Assembly: GCF_006345805.1 (NCBI RefSeq) | Contig: NC_043011.1 | Span: 67,778,464-67,842,463 of the forward strand | DNA length: 64,000 nt | Direction: 5' to 3' | DNA from: Octopus sinensis | Lineage: Eukaryota | Part shown: in pieces, positions 10,305 through 21,346 of the stretch | Numbering within the stretch: the first letter of the stretch is position 1 | Layout of the letters: each line of letters begins with the position of its first letter | Program-made: the position numbers and the translations under genes | The notes under the pieces: model-generated | Databases searched by the model: none | Told to the model about the DNA's origin: nothing | Seen by the model: only the letters and a program-made list of their open reading frames with translations

Positions 10305-10499
10305 TGTGTCTGTGTTTGTCCCCCTAGCATTGCTTGACAACCGATGCTGGTGTGTTTACGTCCCCGTCACTTAGCGGAGACCGATAGAATAAGTACTGGG
10401 CTTACAAAGAATAAGTCCCGGGGTCGATTTTCTCGACTAAAGGTGGTGCTCCAGCATGGCCGCAGTCAAATGACTGAAACAAGTAAAAGAGTAAAAGAG
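10076..10499 (+). mobile_element. SINE family B, full length, internal (TA)n(TG)n
   Basis: tRNA-like head (GGCTGTGTGGTAAG...GGGTTCAGTCCC), CORE-like TTGGGCAAGTG, tail GGTGCTCCAGCATGGCCGCAGTCAAATGACTGAAAC+(GTAAAAGA)n. Confidence 0.9.
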
Positions 10500-10625
10500 A
10501 ATATATTGTTATATTTCGGAATGGTCATTTTGCCTGTTTAGCCAATAAAAACACACGCACTATATATTTGGTGTTACTTTGCTTCAGTGTTATTTATTTT
10601 TTACATTAATCTTAATCTTATTTCG

Positions 10626-10665
10626 ACCAGAGTTCTTCGTCACATTCTGTGACCGCATCAGTGGT
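10626..10665 (-). ncRNA. hammerhead-like motif (left arm)
   Basis: ACCA CTGATGC G GTCAC agaat GTGAC GAA GAACTC TGGT. Confidence 0.55.
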
Positions 10666-11167
10666 CCTTTGTTTTCTTCTTTATTATTTGGTCTCCCCTT
10701 ACTAACCGTCAGCCATTTGGTTTCTATTGTATGTCTTCATTTGCGCATGCTTATATCTCTATGTGCGTCTATGTTTATTTAGTGTGTGTATATGGGGGAA
10801 TGCCTGTAATATTTGTATCTTCTGTTTATATATGTTCATGTAATTTGTTTCTGTTGTTGTTGTTGTTTATTCTTATTTTGTTCATGAGTTTACATCCACT
10901 TATTATTATCATTACATATGCTTGTATGTATATATGTATGTATAACAATAATACTAGTAATAGTAATAAATAATACAAATATTACAAATTACATGAACGT
11001 ATATAAACAGAAGATACAAATATTACAGGCATCCCCCCACACACACACTAAATAAACATAGACGCACATAGAGATATAAGCATGCGCAAATGAAGACATA
11101 CAATAGAAATACAAAATGACTGACGGTTAGTAAGGGGAGACACAAATAAGAAAGAAGAAAACAAAGA

Positions 11168-11209
11168 ACCACTGATGCGGTCACAGGAGTGTGACGAAAG
11201 AACTCTGGT
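11168..11209 (+). ncRNA. hammerhead-like motif (right arm)
   Basis: ACCA CTGATGC G GTCAC aggagt GTGAC GAAA GAACTC TGGT; only A9 deviates from the CUGANGA/GAAA core, plus one extra nt before stem II. Confidence 0.65.
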
Positions 11210-11946
11210 CGAAATAAGATTAAGATTAATGTAAAAAATAAATAACACTTAAGCAAAGTAACACCAAATATATAGTGCGTGTGTTTTTATTGGCTAAACT
11301 GGCAAAATGACCATTCCGAAATACAACAATATCTGTTTCAACACACGACTTCACATAAAAAATCTTGCAACAACAAATATATAAACGATATATATATATA
11401 TTATATATATATATATTATATATATATATATATATACAAAATAAGAAAATGGAGAAATACATCCAAATCAAGTATATGTGCGGATGTGCGTGTGGTGTGT
11501 GTGTGTGTGTATAAATATTGGTATAGTTTTTCCCATGCCTAAGCTGGTGTAGTAGAAATGTAACGCTCTCAACAAACCAACTGTAAAGAAGACAATGGTA
11601 ATTTAAATTCAAATCCACAAGCCAATCATATTTTAGCGCTAGATCCGTAACTATTTCTGAAAGTAATAGTGTATTTGTGTCACAATGGAAATTATAAATT
11701 TGAACTCGGACGTAAATATGTGCACCTGTGGATCTTAATGTCGTGTAAACAGAATGCTTTTATTTCATATTTTGTATGTATATGCAGATATTTAACGCTT
11801 TGCATGGTATTGTAGTACTATTGTGACTATATTGCTAATAATGGAATCTATATATTGTTTTTCTAGTATTAGCGTTATTAATAATAATATGAATGATGAT
11901 ATTGGTAGCAGCTTAGTGGTAATGACAATGATAATGATGCCAACAT

Positions 11947-12046
11947 NNNNNNNNNNNNNNNNNNNNNNNNNNNNNNNNNNNNNNNNNNNNNNNNNNNNNN
12001 NNNNNNNNNNNNNNNNNNNNNNNNNNNNNNNNNNNNNNNNNNNNNN
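11947..12046. other. assembly gap (100 N)
   Basis: Run of N. Confidence 1.
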
Positions 12047-12438
12047 TAGAATATTCGTCGATTTATGCAAACCTTTCTGTTTTTTCACAGAGCAAGCAAA
12101 AGAAACACGCTTTCCTCCACGAAAACCGGAAGTAGATATATATATATATATATTATAATATATATATATATATATAATAGATATATATAGATATTATATA
12201 TATAGAGGGCATTATTATACATACATGCCACACGCTTAAGTTTTCCTTATTAAGAAGTTGTCCTTAATGCTATTATATATATATATATATATACACAACG
12301 ACCTCGAACACACAAGGCAAAAAGAGAGACAGAGAAAGGCAGAAACAAGGAAATGCCACTTATATTTGAACACTATACAAATATTCCTTTAAAAAACTTT
12401 TCATTTAATTTTTCTAAATTTAATTATTTAATCGTACG

Positions 12439-12470
12439 TTGAAAAGGTCTCAAAATGACCGAAACCGGTA
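12439..12470 (+). ncRNA. degenerate hammerhead relic
   Basis: TTGAAAA GGTC tcaaaat GACC GAAAC CG GTA; palindromic stem III ACCGGT; core has 2 mismatches, stem I poor. Confidence 0.35.
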
Positions 12471-12528
12471 CTGAAATTATAAAATTATTTTAGCATTTTC
12501 TATCTTGACTTGTGTGTTCATTATATAG

Positions 12529-12560
<32 letters not shown>

Positions 12561-12849
12561 ATATATATATATATATTACATTTATAAAAGGCTTAGTAAA
12601 ATAAATACTTGCCACATACTGAACTCATTAGAAATAGCAGCCAAAAAAAAGATTTTTTAGCCATTCTAATACTTAAAGAAAATTTCTCTCAGATAGGTTT
12701 ACTCAAAATAAACCACGAAAGGTATGGGGGTAAAAACCTTAAAAAATCACAAGTGCAAAGATTATTTGAGAACATTCGCCTTAAATGGTCCCTTTACATA
12801 CTGAATACTTGGTGAAATGATTAATAATAAGTAATTTTACCCTCAATTG

Positions 12850-12852
12850 TTG

Positions 12853-12899
<47 letters not shown>

Positions 12900-13108
12900 T
12901 ATATAATGTTATTTAATATGTATGTAATATATATGTATATATATCTATATATGTATTATATATTATATGATTAATATATATATATGTATATATATTATAT
13001 GTAGATCTATATATTATATATATCTATAGTATATGTATATATATATATATATATATGTATATGTATATATATAATATATCTGTATATTTATATAGCTATA
13101 TATATATA

Positions 13109-13139
<31 letters not shown>

Positions 13140-13358
13140 GTATATGTTTCTCTATAGATATATATATATTATATGTATATATAGATTATATATATATTAT
13201 AGATGTATATATATATATAATATGTATATGTATATATAGTATATATATAATATTATATATATATATATGTACATACTATATATATATATCTAGATAATAT
13301 ATATATATATAGATAGGTATATATATATATACATTATAATATATATAGTATACATTAC

Positions 13359-13401
<43 letters not shown>

Positions 13402-13471
13402 CATATATAGAATATATATATACATATACATATATTATATATATATATATATACATATACATAATATATAC

Positions 13472-13503
<32 letters not shown>

Positions 13504-13800
13504 GTATATAGGTATATAGGTATATATACATATATATATATGTATATATAATATATATATATGTATATATATATTATGTAATATATATATATACGTTATG
13601 TTATATATATAATATATATATATTTATATATATATATAGATAATATATATATATATTATGTATATATATATATATATGTATATATATATTATATATATAT
13701 ATATATGTATATATAGATATATATATATGTATATATATCTATATGTATTATATATATATATATGTATGTATATATATATATATTATCTATATAGTATATA
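12850..13800. repeat. degenerate (TA)n microsatellite
   Basis: Direct reading. Confidence 0.95.
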
Positions 13801-13895
13801 TTATACTTTTGATACTTTGATACTTTGATAGGTTCGGCCATTATTGGCCCAGGCCATGTCTAACTTAATAGCACCCCCTGGTGAAGTCTTTCAAG

Positions 13896-16800
13896 TCAGA
13901 ATTTGGGCACTATGGCCCACTCAAGTAGAGAGTTATGTTTACAGAGACATATCCGGGTGTAGGGGGTTTATCCCGGGATTTCTTGAAGGAATCTGTCCAA
14001 AGACTTCTTGAACCCATAGGGTCAGTTTCTGTTTTAATGTGTTTTGTTGTGTAATGTTAAAGAGAGCGGGCCAATGAGGTGAAATAATTGTGCCGTATTG
14101 TTGTTATGAGATGAGAGTGCGATTTTTGTTTGGGCGGATGGCACGGGGCCAAGCCTTGGATGTACCTTAAGGTGATGCCAACATCATTGGGCAATGCTGA
14201 TGGAATATTTTCCACATCATGCAGATGATGTAGCGCTCACGACGACGTTGGAAGAATAGAGTTTTAGCTTTCTAGTCGACCCCAATAGTCGAGGCCTGTC
14301 ATGCCATCTATCTTTTTTTGTGATTGCCCTTGAGAGGCTTCAACTTTTATGATACCTTGTATTGTGTGGGGAGACCCACAGTGGACAACAGTATTCAAGG
14401 TGGGGTCGGGCAAAAGTGGAGAAGAGAAGGATAATGGTGTGGATATCTCTCGACTGGAAAGTTCTGAGAATCCAGGAACACATTCTGCGGGCCATGAACT
14501 TTGGTTGTTTTATGAGTGGCCCAGCTTACGTGTTGTCCACAATTACTCCCAAGTCTCTGATGTTGTTGGACGCCGCGAGAGTTTCACCTGAAGGAAGGGA
14601 GTATGGGAGTTTCAGGGCATCCTCTTTTCCAAGTGGATTAGCTCAAATTTATCCTCGTTCAGCCAGCATATTGTTTTTTCTGCCCATTGGATAACAGCCA
14701 GTAGATCTGACTGAAGGCATGTCCGGTCACTCGCCTCATTTATGACCTTCTGTAGCTTGGAGTCATCTGCAAGATTTTTATGTTGCTGTGCTTGATGATG
14801 TCATTAATGTCATTAATGTAAATGATGAAAAGAAGTGGGCCCAGCACAGTGCCTTGCGGAACGCCACTACTGACTTTGGCTTGGGCTTGATTTTACCCCT
14901 TCAACTACAACATGTTGAGATCTGTCTGTCAGGAAACACTTAATCCATTTCAGTAACTTTCCAGAGACACCAATATTGGATAGTTTTTTCAATAGGATCT
15001 TGTGATCGACCCTGTCGAAGGCCTTACTGAAATCAAGGTAGATGACATCGGTGTTGGAGCCCTCTCCCAAAGCTCTCAAAATGTCCTCAAAGTGATGCAG
15101 GAGCTGCGTTAAGGCAGTCCCTTCCATTACGGAACCCATGTTGGTTGGAGATCAGCCGTCTGTTGCTTTCCAGAAATGGGTTATTCGAGATCTCACCACC
15201 CTCTCAAATACCTGATGATATGAGAGGTGAGTGAGATCGGACGGTTAATTCACTGCAAGGGACTTGTTTCCCTTTTGAAACTGGGACAACAGACTGGGAC
15301 AGAAGGTTTTTGGAATATAGCCAGCATCCAGTGAGTTCTCCACAGATTAGCAAAGGGAGATGCAAGATGCAAGTTGGTGTCGACACACTTCAGGACACAA
15401 GCAGGGAACCTATCGGGGCCTACTGCTGAATGGGTTTTATTTCGTTTATCGCCGCTAAGAACATCAGGGGCACTAAACGTTATGTCCGATATAGTGTGTG
15501 GGGGTTGACATCACTGATACAGCCCAGATCGGCCATATCAGGATTGCTGAAACAGAGCAGTATTGTTTCTGCAGTATCTCGGCCATGGATTTGGCATTAT
15601 CTTGGAGAGTGCCGTTTCGTCAATTAGAGGGCCTACAGTGGAGACAGTGACCCTGCGTTTCCTCGCAAATGAAAAGAACACTTTGGGGTGAGTTTGATTT
15701 TTTCAATGGCCACTTCTCCTCAGCTGATCTTTGGTTATTGATGAGGGTCTTCATGCATTGTTGGAGGTTATATTTTTTGGATCAAGCAGTGCGATAGCCG
15801 TCGAATGTGTGTGTTGCTGTTGGCAACTTAGTTTGTTAATTTTTTGTTTGTTCTTTTTATTTTTCTGATAATGGGTTTTTCTGTTTGGGGGATTCTGCAC
15901 TTTTTGTTCACAGGTCTTGGTGGGGAGTGTTTTGCACATATGTCTGTGACGGTGTCTACAAGATCTGCCAAGATGTTTTATGGTTGTGGAGATGTGTGTA
16001 GTGTAAAGGACCAGTCAACATTTGATAGCTCGTTCCTGATTGCATCCCAGTTGGCTTATAGAGATCCATGTTGTCAAATGGGTGGGCTGGAGGAGGAAGG
16101 TCACTAGATTAGCTTTCGGCTGGTGGAATTGTCATGTTACAGAGAACCATGTCATGGTCTGAAAGAAGGGTTTTTTCCACTGTAACGTTATGTATAGTGT
16201 TAGTGTGGTTACTAAACACTAGGTCCAAAATGTTCTGATGTCTTGTTGGTGCAAGGACAAGTTGGGACAAGAAAAACTCATTCGTAAAGTCGAAAAGTGA
16301 CTCTGCTGCTTTTTTGTCAGCGGTTGAGGGGGGAGTGCTTGGTTTCAAAACAGTTTGTAGTCCAGTCAACACAGGGTAGATTGAAGTCTCCCATCATGAG
16401 TATGTTGCTAGAATGGCACTGTTGAATAAAGCACTTAATGCTGTTGAGGCATTCTTTAAAGCACAGTATGGGTGTTGTGTTGGGGCGCCTATAGAGCCCA
16501 ATTACTGTCAGGTCATTGGCTTTGTTGTGCACGGTGACTGATTCACAGTAGCCGTGGAGAATATACTATTTCCATCTGCTGTAAATGAATCATGCAGGAA
16601 AATGGCAGTTCCACCATTCCTCCTGCCGCGATACGATCCGCGCGGATGGTTGTGAATTCTTCACTCTCACTTCGGCTTCCAAGTGGGAGTTGTCAAGGTG
16701 GGTCTCAGTGAGAATGAAGAAAGGGATGTGGTGTGAATGGTTACCAACCCGTCTTCAATGAATTGGACCTTCCATTTTGTGCATTGATGGAAGGGCTGAC

Positions 16801-16900
16801 ACCTTGTGCATTGAGTAGGAATTGGAGGTTAGTGTAGTGGCTGGTTTTGACTGTTGCAGGGGGCTGGATTTTTTGGTGTGTGTTAGTGGCAGCAATGTGG
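13896..16900 (-). pseudogene. LINE ORF2 (APE + RT), frameshifted, with deletions
   Basis: ORF-track fragments 16317-16532, 16109-16372 and 14867-15139 align to copy B ORF2. Confidence 0.9.
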
Positions 16901-17154
16901 GGAATTGGTGCACTGGGGTAATAGCATAGGATGGTTGTTGAGTGATGGCTAGAATGTTTTGTGTATCTCTTTTGCCATGTTCAACATGGCTAAAAAAGAA
17001 TTTTCCTGCATAGGGAGCAGTTTTTGGCTGGAGGTGTGGTTGCACTGTTGGATAGGGTTGTAGTTTCCACTTTTGTTGTTGTTGTTTTTGTGTCTTCCTG
17101 AAAAGACTGGACCAGCATTACTGCAGCATGGTGTGTTTCTATTTTTATTGTTTA

Positions 17155-18113
17155 TCAGGTTTGTGTGTTGGCTTGAGGCCCCGTTTCTGTTTGTGCGTCG
17201 GTCCCTGGAAGATGAGTGAAGGGACAGTCACTCAGTAGACATGTTCTCTCACGTTTGGAATACCGGCAGATTTTGGGACTCCGAGTTGTGTGTGTTTTGA
17301 ATTTCGATTTACTATTTGGTGGTGTTGATGTTATTGTGGGATGCGTGCTTTGGCCTTGGCCGGTAGTGCGTCTAGTGCCGGGTAGATGCGTGAAGATGCA
17401 GTCACTATTTGTGCAGAGTCTCTGGCGCAGTGAATAGCGGCATATTTGGGGATTTCTTGTTTGAGCCGTGAGGGGCGCATTCTGCTTCCTATGTTTCTTT
17501 AAGTTTTTGTTACTGCAGTAGTATTGAGGTGGTGATGTGGGGGAAGAGGGCAGTGGTTTCTTATTTGGTTTTTCTGTTGGTATTTTTGGTGATAGAAGAC
17601 GATGGTGGCAGCGGTGGTGATGATGATGATGATAATTGTGGTGGTTGCTGTGAGAGCGGTGAAAAGATACTGGCATTTAAGTGAATCGTCTAGTAAGCTA
17701 GAGTTGAGAGTGGCTGTTGTTCTTGTTGCTGTGGCTGTTGTTTTTGTTGTTGTGCGCCTGACCGATGTCAGGGTCAGCCATTGTGCTGGGAACCAGGAGT
17801 GGCTCATTCTGTTGTTGTTGTGTTGTTGTGGCTGCTGATTTTCTAGCTGTTTGTTGTCTTGAACTGTGAAAATATGTAGAAGCTTTTCATAATGGCCTCT
17901 TATCAGTTTGAAAGATACTTCGATATGTTTCAACTTGCTACGAATCTGTTTGACGGATCGTGTGTTGACCACTTGTGATGTTTTTTCGGCAATCTCATTC
18001 AAACACAAGACATTTAGATTTTCTGTTTGGGAAAGAGAGAGCCATGTGTTTATTAAAACATCAATTTCGTTATCAGACCAATTTCGTCTGTTGCAGGCCT
18101 GCAAGTTAGTCAT
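17155..18113 (-). pseudogene. LINE ORF1: Myb/SANT-like domain + low-complexity linker + 2 CCCH fingers (frameshifted)
   Basis: NWSDNEIDVLINTW...LNEIAEKT...RSVKQIRSKLKHIEVSFK; C-x8-C-x4-C-x3-H at 17386-17442 and 17212-17268. Confidence 0.75.
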
Positions 18114-18435
18114 GTTTGTTTTTTCTTTTGTTTTGTTCCTTTTGATTTTTGAAAATATATATATTCTTTCTTGGGAGTTAAGAAGTGTATATATATATAA
18201 ATGTTCTCTCTTAAGGGTGTGAGTTTTTGATTATTTTTGGTGTTTGGGATATTAAAAGAAAAACAGGTGTATATAACAATTTGTAGTTAATGAAAACGTA
18301 CTTACGGGTTTGTAGGCAAACACGTGGTTACAAATATATATATATTTAAGGTCAGTTAGTTTTGAATCTGTGTAGCTTGCTACTGACTTGGGAGAGAAAC
18401 AAATAGACGTCCGTCCACTTCAACAGTTAATCCAT

Positions 18436-18525
18436 ATTATATGTGTATATATAATATATATTATATGTATATATATATATATATGTGTATATATATATAT
18501 ATATATGTTGTATGATATATATATG

Positions 18526-18561
<36 letters not shown>

Positions 18562-18877
18562 TATGTAATATATATATATATTAGTTATAATATATATATG
18601 TATATATATATATATATGTAATATATATATGAGATAATATATATATATATATGTATAGTATATAGTATATATATATATATTATATATATGTTATATATAT
18701 GTATATATAGTATATATATATATATATTGTATAGTATATATAATATATATATATATATGTAGTATATATATATATATATATGTATGTATTATATATTATA
18801 TATTATATCTATATATAATGTATATATATATATGTATGTAATATATATATATTATATATTATATATATATATAATAT

Positions 18878-18911
<34 letters not shown>

Positions 18912-18942
18912 TATATATACTATGTTATATATATATATAATC

Positions 18943-18997
<55 letters not shown>

Positions 18998-18998
18998 G

Positions 18999-19038
<40 letters not shown>

Positions 19039-19066
19039 ATATATATATAATATATATATATATGAT
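18436..19066. repeat. degenerate (TA)n microsatellite
   Basis: Direct reading. Confidence 0.95.
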
Positions 19067-19910
19067 ATATAAACAAGAAGGGTAGTAATATTATTTACTA
19101 CCAGGTGCCCAGCACAAATACGAATTAGTCATAAGGACAAAAATATTATTCATATGAAAAAATTATTCATGTAGTTATACAATTAAGGGCTCCTAAATAA
19201 AGATGGTCCGAGTGCTGGGAACATAAAAAGGGGATGAATTATCGAGAGTGAAAATCAAAACGTTTACCGATAACTTTAACAACTCGTACCGCGGTTTCTG
19301 CTTCTTCTCTAGCAAAACACAGAATATGTTTGCTAAGGCCAGCTTCATCAGCGAGTCGCCTGAATTTAATCGAGGTCTGCAGCGATGTGGGACTATATGT
19401 TACATCCGACTACTAGCAGATCTTAACTTTTCAAATCTCTGCGCAGACGCAAAATTTACACGGGCATGCCGGGAAGAATTTTACGAATAAATTCATCATG
19501 TAGTATGCGAATATAAACAAGAAGGGTAGTATGACTAATTCGTCTTTTGTGCTGGGCACCTGGTAGTAAATAATATTACTACCCTTCTTGTTTATATTCG
19601 CATACTACATGATGAATTTATTCGTAAAATTCTTCCCGGCATGCCCGTGTAAATTTTGCGTCTGCGCAGAGATTTGAAAAGTTAAGATCTGCTAGTAGTC
19701 GGATGTAACATATAGTCCCACATCGCTGCAGACCTCGATTAAATTCAGGCGACTCGCTGATGAAGCTGGCCTTAGCAAACATATTCTGTGTTTTGCTAGA
19801 AAGAAGCAGAAACCGCGGTACGAGTTGTTAAAGTTATCGGTAAACGTTTTTGATTTTCACTCTCGATAAATTCATCCCCTTTTTATGTTCCCAGCACTCG
19901 GCATCTTTAT
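19067..19910. mobile_element. permuted and inverted duplication (~335-bp arms 19197-19531 / 19577-19910) with hammerhead-like relic
   Basis: Near-identical inverted arms; the 45-bp spacer is the reverse complement of 19088-19131; 21-mer ATATAAACAAGAAGGGTAGTA at 19067 and 19511; CTGATGA A GCT ggcctt AGC AAAC at 19757. Confidence 0.75.
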
Positions 19911-20109
19911 ATATATGTATATATATATATATATACGCAACGTGCGCTTTGGACCAGCCCTAGGCGCTAAATACATGTAGGAGTGGTTTTCTTTCTGTGC
20001 ACTACCTGAATACTTTACTGGGTGTGCTTTAGTACCCAGAACAGCTTAATTCAACCCAACCAGGTGCATATCATTTAAGTGCCCGATTCTTTCCAGAATC
20101 CTTAATAGT

Positions 20110-20345
20110 GTGTGTGTGTGTGTGTGTCTGTGTGTGTCTCATTGTGTGTCTCATTGTGTGTGTCGCCTCGCTTAACAACCGAAGTTGGTGTATTAACGTC
20201 CCTGTAACTTAGCAGTTTGGCAAAATAAATCCATAGAATATGTACTAGGCTTACAAAGAATAAGTCCTGGAGTCGATTTCTTTTAGGCCATGCTCCAGCA
20301 TAGCCGCAGTAGAATGATTGAAACACGTAGAAGAGTAAAAAAAAC
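20110..20345 (+). mobile_element. SINE family B, 3' half
   Basis: TTAACAACCGA..TTGGTGT...AAGAATAAGTCC...diverged tail. Confidence 0.75.
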
Positions 20346-20379
20346 AGCGTGACTGTATTAAATAACAATATTCTTTTCT

Positions 20380-20900
20380 ATTCTAGTCACAAAGCCCAAA
20401 ACTTTTGGGTAGGGGGCCGGTCGATTAGATCGACCCTAGTACGCAACTAGTACTTAATTTATCGATCCCGAAAGGATGAAAGCCAAAGTCGATCCCCGGC
20501 GGAATTTGAAGGCAGACCGTAAAGACAGACAAAACACCTCTAAGCATTTCGCCTGCCGTGGTTCAGCAAAAGAGAGCGATAGAGTAAGTATAAGCTTCAA
20601 AAAAAGAAAAAGAATACTGGGATCGATCGATTCGTCCGACTAAAATCCCTTCAAGGTGGTGTCCCAGCATGACCGCAATCGACTGATAAAGCCATGAGGT
20701 CTGAAATTTGCGTGATGGGGGCAAGTCGATTACATCGACTCCGGTGCTCAACTAGTACTTATTTTATCGAAACCTCGAAAGGATGAAAGGCAAAGTCGAC
20801 GTCGGCGGCATTTGAACTCAAAGCGTAAGAAACAGGAAGAAATGCTGCTAAACATTTTGTGCCACGCGCTAACGATTCTACCAGCATGCCGCCTTAACAA
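20380..20900 (-). mobile_element. two diverged SINE family A copies plus a family-B-like tail
   Basis: Reverse-complement cores GAAAGGATGAAAG.CAAAGTCGA at ~20470 and ~20780. Confidence 0.75.
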
Positions 20901-20979
20901 AGACACTATGAACGCTTCTATGAAGAACATTGCTTTCCACGTACAGAAGAATTTTTATTTTTCGCTTTGTTAGACTCAC

Positions 20980-21196
20980 CATATTGCTCCTAGCAGACCC
21001 CACCGTCACGTCCCCAAAACTACTTCAATTATAAATATGTTTTGGTGGCTGTAATATATTATTTAAGGGTCATTTCATATCTGGCATTCGTTCTCCAGTT
21101 ACTAATAGCAACAGGCACGTGACGTTATCGTATGTTTCCATGGAGCGAGTTCTCCTACGACGTGAACGCCAACCTGGTGTACATTAAGAGTGCGTT
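20980..21196 (-). other. unique segment bounded by strong splice signals; no continuous ORF
   Basis: Acceptor TTTCCCTTTTCCAATAG at 21197, donor ATG|GTGAGT at 20979; all three frames contain stops. Confidence 0.2.
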
Positions 21197-21306
21197 CTAT
21201 TGGAAAAGGGAAATTTTTAGGATCACAGGGGGAAATGGAAGGAACCGATGCGTGTGAAAGGTAACAGACCTTGTGTCTAAGTGTGTTGCATGATTAATTC
21301 TTGTGT

Positions 21307-21346
<40 letters not shown>

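Larger units (their letters stand above)
10503..11378. mobile_element. fold-back element: ~347-bp inverted arms (10503-10848 / 10984-11332), each with a hammerhead-like motif
   Basis: Arms are reverse complements with several substitutions and indels; family also at 62265-62510. Confidence 0.8.
13803..18425 (-). mobile_element. CR1/Jockey-group LINE copy A (Myb-CCCH ORF1 family), both ends present, internally deleted
   Basis: 5' UTR motif shared with copy B; ORF1; APE (MMGDFNLP, LVFSNH, LLSDH); RT (DVIYLDFSKAFDRVDH); 3' UTR and (TATCAAAG)n tail. Confidence 0.9.

Noticed and set aside
12850-19066. (TA)n target specificity for the Myb-ORF1 LINE as a stand-alone claim
   Set aside because: (TA)n flanks almost every element here, so two copies cannot show specificity.
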